The notes under the pieces: generated by a model | What the model saw: only the letters and a program-made list of their open reading frames with translations | Database searches by the model: none | Told to the model about the DNA's origin: nothing | Part shown: positions 25,607 through 29,191 of the stretch, piece after piece | Layout: every line of letters starts with the position of its first letter | Numbering within the stretch: position 1 is the stretch's first letter | IMG/VR virus record: IMGVR_UViG_3300049924_000147 | Span: 1-29,191 of that record | Reading direction: 5' to 3' (one strand) | Source: a virus | Taxonomy: Duplodnaviria; Caudoviricetes | DNA: 29,191 bases | Made by a program: the position numbers and the translations under genes

Positions 25607-25868
25607 CCGCGCCGCAATGGACGAAGCGCTCCGTCGCCTGTTCGAGGACGGCAGCGACTACAACGCCTTGATGGGGCCGAAGCGCAAACCGCTCTACCCC
25701 TCCCTGCAGGACACCCTCGACGCGCAAGCGCAGCAGTACCAGCGCATGCCGAACGGCCTCGTGGGTCCAGAGCCCGAGGGGCAGATGCCCGTCTACAACC
25801 CGAACGCGCTCTATGGCGGGCAACTGCCGATCGAACAACGACGAGACTTCCGACCGAGGTGGCGATAG
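25599..25868 (+). CDS. Hypothetical protein (89 aa) with NAL-type motifs
   Basis: Start taken at ATG 25599 (8-nt overlap); YNALMGP, PNGLVGP, PNALYGG. Confidence 0.65.
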   Translation: MTDRAAMDEALRRLFEDGSDYNALMGPKRKPLYPSLQDTLDAQAQQYQRMPNGLVGPEPEGQMPVYNPNALYGGQLPIEQRRDFRPRWR

Positions 25869-27326
25869 ATGACGGATAGCACTCTGATCTTGCCGCCCGG
25901 CGAGCGCATTCTCGACGCCTCCGGCAACCCCGTATCGGGCGGCACGCTCTATTTCTATACCGCCGGCACGACGACGCCGCTGACGGTCTACTCCAACAGC
26001 GGACTAACGGTGTCGCTCGGGACTTCGGTTGCGACCGACAGCGGCGGTTATCCTTCGGCATCGTCCGTTCGGACGCTGATCTACACTGGCACGGCTGCCT
26101 ACAAGATCGTGTGCCAGGACGCGCTCGCAGCTACCCTGTGGACGCACGACAACATTCGCGGCGCGCTCGACACCAGCATATTCATCACCTCGGCCGCGTC
26201 GGTGGTGACCTATACCGTGTCGTCAGTCAGCACGGGCGGAACATGGGTCGTCGCGGATGTGACCGGCAAAGTGTTCGCCGCCGACCCATCCTCGGCGAGT
26301 TTCACGCGCACGTTGCCGACGGCCGCGAGTTCGATCGGCGTGCCGTTCGATGTCAAACACGTCGGTAGCGCGAACATCGTGACCCTGCTCGCCCAGGGGG
26401 CGGACAAGATCATCGTCAACGGCACCGACACCGCGCGCAAGGCGCTGCTGCTGCGGGCGAAAGGCGATAGTGTCCGGCTGATTTCCGACGGCGCCGATTT
26501 CCAGGCGTTTTTCAGCGCAGCTCAGTTCGGGCCGCGCGATTTCGCGGTCGAGGATCTGCGCACGGCGCCGGCCGGATCACCGGTCACGGGCGGGTTTTAC
26601 TTGCTCAACGGCGCCCCTTCAGGCGCCTTTACCTCGACGACGCCGGCCTGTGCCGCAAACGATGTCGTCATGTACGATGGGCAGAGCAACTATCAGATAT
26701 TCCGACCGTTCACCGACTGCGGGTGGACCGCCTTCGACAAAGCGACGAATACTGAATATATTTATCGTGATACAGGATGGGTCGCGCTTTCGACGCGAGC
26801 CCTAGAGGGCGTGGTCGCCGCGCTGGGCTACACGCCGCAACGCGGCATCACGATCGGCACCGAGGTAGCGACAACGTCGGGGACGAGCATAGATTTCACT
26901 GGCATCCCGGCGGGAGTGAAGCGGGTGACCGTGATGTTCGACGGCGTATCGACGAGCGGCACGTCGACGCCGATAATCCAGCTTGGTGATTCTGGCGGCG
27001 TGGAGACAGCCGGATATGTATCATCCGGCGTCCGGCTGGTAACGAGCGGCGTCAACACGGGCGACTTCACGACAGGCTTTGGTGTTTACGACAATACGCA
27101 ATGGCTCGCCGCGAATACGTTGTACGGCAGCTTTGTTTTCAGTCTCGAAGACAGCGCAAACAATGTCTGGGCGGGCAGCTTCGTGGGCCGCGCTAGTTCG
27201 ACGCTCGCCTGCCTGGGCGCTGGCACTAAGGCGACATCCGCCGTGCTGGATCGTGTGCGGATTACCACCGTTGTCGGCACGGACACCTTCGATGCCGGCG
27301 CCGTCAACATCAGCTATGAGTTCTGA
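25869..27326 (+). CDS. Tail fibre/spike: N-terminal particle-binding domain, DUF2793-like middle, beta-sandwich tip
   Basis: LDASGNPVSGGTLYFYTAGTTTPLTVYS podovirus anchor; TAPAGSPVTGGFYLL..APSGAF...GWTAFD; TSGTSIDFTGIPAGVKRVTVMFDGVS; GAGGT RBS. Confidence 0.85.
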   Translation: MTDSTLILPPGERILDASGNPVSGGTLYFYTAGTTTPLTVYSNSGLTVSLGTSVATDSGGYPSASSVRTLIYTGTAAYKIVCQDALAATLWTHDNIRGALDTSIFITSAASVVTYTVSSVSTGGTWVVADVTGKVFAADPSSASFTRTLPTAASSIGVPFDVKHVGSANIVTLLAQGADKIIVNGTDTARKALLLRAKGDSVRLISDGADFQAFFSAAQFGPRDFAVEDLRTAPAGSPVTGGFYLLNGAPSGAFTSTTPACAANDVVMYDGQSNYQIFRPFTDCGWTAFDKATNTEYIYRDTGWVALSTRALEGVVAALGYTPQRGITIGTEVATTSGTSIDFTGIPAGVKRVTVMFDGVSTSGTSTPIIQLGDSGGVETAGYVSSGVRLVTSGVNTGDFTTGFGVYDNTQWLAANTLYGSFVFSLEDSANNVWAGSFVGRASSTLACLGAGTKATSAVLDRVRITTVVGTDTFDAGAVNISYEF

Positions 27327-27328
27327 CC

Positions 27329-27625
27329 ATGCATCGCATCGAACACAACGTGACGACCGGCGAAACCACCGTGATCGAGCTGACGCCCGAGGAAATAGCG
27401 GAAGCCTTGGCGCGTAGTAAAGCGGCACAACAGGCAACGACAATCTCAGCAGTGGCGGCCGGGATCGATGTTGCCGCAGCTCCAGCCGAGGTCAAAGAAA
27501 TCATCATCGGCCTCGCCGAAACGCTCTCAGCAACCCGACAGGAAGCGCAGGCGGCACGAGACGGGCAGGAGGCGCGGATCGCAGCGCTGGAGGCGACGAT
27601 CACGGCGCTGAAAGGGGCGGTGTGA
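27329..27625 (+). CDS. Tail fibre assembly chaperone-like coiled-coil protein
   Basis: NVTTGETTVIELTPEEIAE N-terminus typical of genes following fibres; C-terminal RIAALEATITAL. Confidence 0.65.
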   Translation: MHRIEHNVTTGETTVIELTPEEIAEALARSKAAQQATTISAVAAGIDVAAAPAEVKEIIIGLAETLSATRQEAQAARDGQEARIAALEATITALKGAV

Positions 27626-28377
27626 TGATCATCCCGGCGTCGATCCGCAACCGCAACCCCGGCGCTCAGTACCCCGGCAAGAGCGCGAAAAAGTTCGGCG
27701 GCAAGAATTACGAGACGCTGATTAGCAAGGATGGAAAGCACCTCATCGCGACGTTCCCCAGCGATATTCAGGGCGCGGCGGCAATGTTCGATCTGCTGTC
27801 GTCGAGCTATTGCGGCATGTCGGTCGAGAAGGCGATCACTAAATGGTGCGGCGCTTTTTACGTCTCGACTTACATTAGGGTGCTTGAGGAAAAGGGCGGC
27901 ATCAAACGCACCGACATGCTGACCCGTGACTTGCTGGCCGACCCGGCGAAGGCGATCCCGCTGGCCAAAGCGATGGCCTGGCAGGAGGCGGGGCGCGAGT
28001 ATCCAATGAGCGACGAGCAATGGATGGCGGCGCATCGTTGCTGCTTCGTTGCGTCGGTGGCGCCCGCGTTCTCGCCAGAAAACGACGTGCCGAGCCCCAA
28101 GGCGGAGCTGCGGCAGGCGGCGGCCGTCGCAACCGCAACCAAGGTCGCTGGCGTCGCAACGGCCACGGGCGGCACTGTCAGTGCGATCGCATTGCCGAAG
28201 CCTCCGACCGCAATCCTCGACAGCGCTGCCGCCTGGAAAGGGTTTGCCTTGCAGGCGATGGAATTCGGGGCATTCGCGGCGTCGAGCCCGAAGGCGATCG
28301 CTGTGATCGTGGCGGCAGGGGCGGCGATGGTGTTCGGGCCGAAGCTGGCGCCGAAACTATTCGGGGGTGGGTCATGA
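27622..28377 (+). CDS. Putative endolysin (lysozyme-like RNxNPG family) with hydrophobic C-terminal tail
   Basis: SIRNRNPG...ATFPS..GAAAMFDLL...SVEKAITKW...LAKAMAWQE; C-terminal AIAVIVAAGAAMVFG; followed by spanins. Start is GTG 27622 or ATG 27625. Confidence 0.7.
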   Translation: MMIIPASIRNRNPGAQYPGKSAKKFGGKNYETLISKDGKHLIATFPSDIQGAAAMFDLLSSSYCGMSVEKAITKWCGAFYVSTYIRVLEEKGGIKRTDMLTRDLLADPAKAIPLAKAMAWQEAGREYPMSDEQWMAAHRCCFVASVAPAFSPENDVPSPKAELRQAAAVATATKVAGVATATGGTVSAIALPKPPTAILDSAAAWKGFALQAMEFGAFAASSPKAIAVIVAAGAAMVFGPKLAPKLFGGGS

Positions 28378-28595
28378 TCAACATCGGCTCAATCGGAATT
28401 GTAATCGCGGCGTTGGTGGCGTTGGTGGCGTTGTGGCAGGGGGATCGCGCGGTGCAGCGGTCCAAGGGCGAGCAGGTCGCCGTTGCGAAGATGGAAAAGA
28501 AGGCCAACGCCAATGCACAGAAAGCTGATGCTGCCCGCCGCTCTGTCAGTCAGTTGCCTGCTGACGGGCTGCGGGACCGCTACACTCGCGATTGA
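28374..28595 (+). CDS. i-spanin (Rz-like)
   Basis: ATGA overlap; N-terminal TM IGIVIAALVALVALW then an Ala/Lys helix; overlaps the next lipoprotein gene. Confidence 0.8.
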   Translation: MINIGSIGIVIAALVALVALWQGDRAVQRSKGEQVAVAKMEKKANANAQKADAARRSVSQLPADGLRDRYTRD

Positions 28596-28722
28596 TAGTT
28601 CGTGTAAGTCGTTTCAGCCGATCGCGGGGTCGAAGCTGGATACCATCGAGACCAAGCGCCAGATTATCGGCCACAATCGCGCCTATGACGCGATCTGCCC
28701 GCAACCCCCGAAAACGAGTTGA
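28513..28722 (+). CDS. o-spanin (Rz1-like) lipoprotein
   Basis: Lipobox LLTGC after a short signal; starts inside the i-spanin in the +1 frame; C..FQPI..S..DT.ET.RQI..HN..Y...C. Start is ATG 28513 or 28528. Confidence 0.85.
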   Translation: MHRKLMLPAALSVSCLLTGCGTATLAIDSSCKSFQPIAGSKLDTIETKRQIIGHNRAYDAICPQPPKTS

Positions 28723-28738
28723 GCCCGAGCCATGAACG

Positions 28739-29014
28739 ATGAAGCGATTGAACGGGCACTTTTTGCCGCACTCCCAGCCCGCCGGGCTCGACAGCATTCT
28801 CTACCAGCTTGGCACGACGACGGGCCGGATCGAGGAAAAGATCGACCATCTGACGGACCGTATCGAGAAGGTCGAGACGCGCCTCGAATCTACGCCAGCG
28901 CCCCGACGGCCCCTGTCCGAGTACCTGCCGGCGATTTACGGCCTCGCTATCCTGATCGGGGTAGCCATGGGCAAGTGGACCGTGGCGCAGGGGTTAGCCT
29001 TCCTCGGCCGCTGA
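28739..29014 (+). CDS. Holin candidate: coiled coil plus C-terminal membrane segment (91 aa)
   Basis: RIEEKIDHLTDRIEKVETRLE heptads; YLPAIYGLAILIGVAMG TM; last gene of the lysis cassette. Confidence 0.55.
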   Translation: MKRLNGHFLPHSQPAGLDSILYQLGTTTGRIEEKIDHLTDRIEKVETRLESTPAPRRPLSEYLPAIYGLAILIGVAMGKWTVAQGLAFLGR

Positions 29015-29080
29015 AATGGCCGGGTTGGTTCCTGTGGTGCTGTCTCGTTGCGGCGCCGGTTATTCTGGTGTGGTAGCGGC

Positions 29081-29191
29081 CTAACTATTGCTTTGTGGTT
29101 GATCTTCGGAATAGTGCCAATCGTCATTAGCGAGACGGATTGTCGAGCCGACCCGAATGCTGACCTCGTTGAACTTCTCGACGGTGGCGCG
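29081..29191 (-). CDS. 3' end of a convergent gene, probably a MazG-like nucleotide pyrophosphohydrolase
   Basis: Minus strand reads RATVEKFNEVSIRVGSTIRLANDDWHYSEDQPQSNS*; KFNEVS.RVG resembles the C-terminal helix of phage MazG-like proteins. Only 36 aa are visible. Confidence 0.55.
   Translation of the reverse strand, partial: RATVEKFNEVSIRVGSTIRLANDDWHYSEDQPQSNS

Larger units (their letters stand above)
1..29191 (+). mobile_element. Tailed phage/prophage late region (P22-like podovirus morphogenesis and lysis module)
   Basis: Collinear TerS-TerL-portal-scaffold-capsid-gp10-ejection proteins-tail fibre-lysis genes. No tape-measure, sheath or tube gene recognised. No att site or integrase in the window, so prophage versus free phage cannot be decided. 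Confidence 0.95.

Noticed and set aside
9245-25871. In-frame stop immediately followed by ATG at five junctions (9247/9248 TAA, 10271/10272 TAG, 16605/16606 TGA, 18733/18734 TAG, 25868/25869 TAG), suggesting amber recoding or readthrough fusions
   Set aside because: All three stop codons are involved, conserved genes (terL, portal, capsid) have no internal TAG, no suppressor tRNA is seen, and some downstream genes have their own RBS. Compact gene packing explains it.
28732-29127. ORFs 28732-29076 (+) and 28936-29127 (-)
   Set aside because: They overlap the more protein-like 28739-29014 gene and the MazG-like 3' end, and have Arg/Pro-rich off-frame composition.

Overview
This window is the late region of a GC-rich tailed phage or prophage with P22-like podovirus gene order. 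The host is probably alphaproteobacterial (Hyphomicrobiales), inferred from an Omp25/RopB-type beta-barrel gene. Nearly all genes are on the + strand and tightly coupled. Gene order: small accessory genes and an N6-adenine methyltransferase; a NusG/RfaH-family paralog where lambdoid phages carry Q; a structured non-coding leader; an outer-membrane beta-barrel; a second cloverleaf-like element; three inner-membrane proteins; TerS, TerL and portal; a five-gene fibre-like block including a 22-aa-repeat protein; scaffold and major capsid; head-completion and gp10-like tail proteins; ejection proteins, the largest ending in LPD23 plus an HExxH metallopeptidase; tail fibre and chaperone; a lysis cassette; and the 3' end of a convergent MazG-like gene. 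Best candidates for undescribed biology: (1) the NusG paralog, structured RNAs and envelope-protein module at 1950-4806; (2) a possible ruler-plus-subunit fibre encoded between portal and scaffold; (3) tandem H-type pseudoknots before the scaffold gene; (4) a short NAL motif shared by five ejection-module proteins. All family calls come from recognising motifs by eye and all RNA pairings were found by hand; no database search or folding calculation was run.
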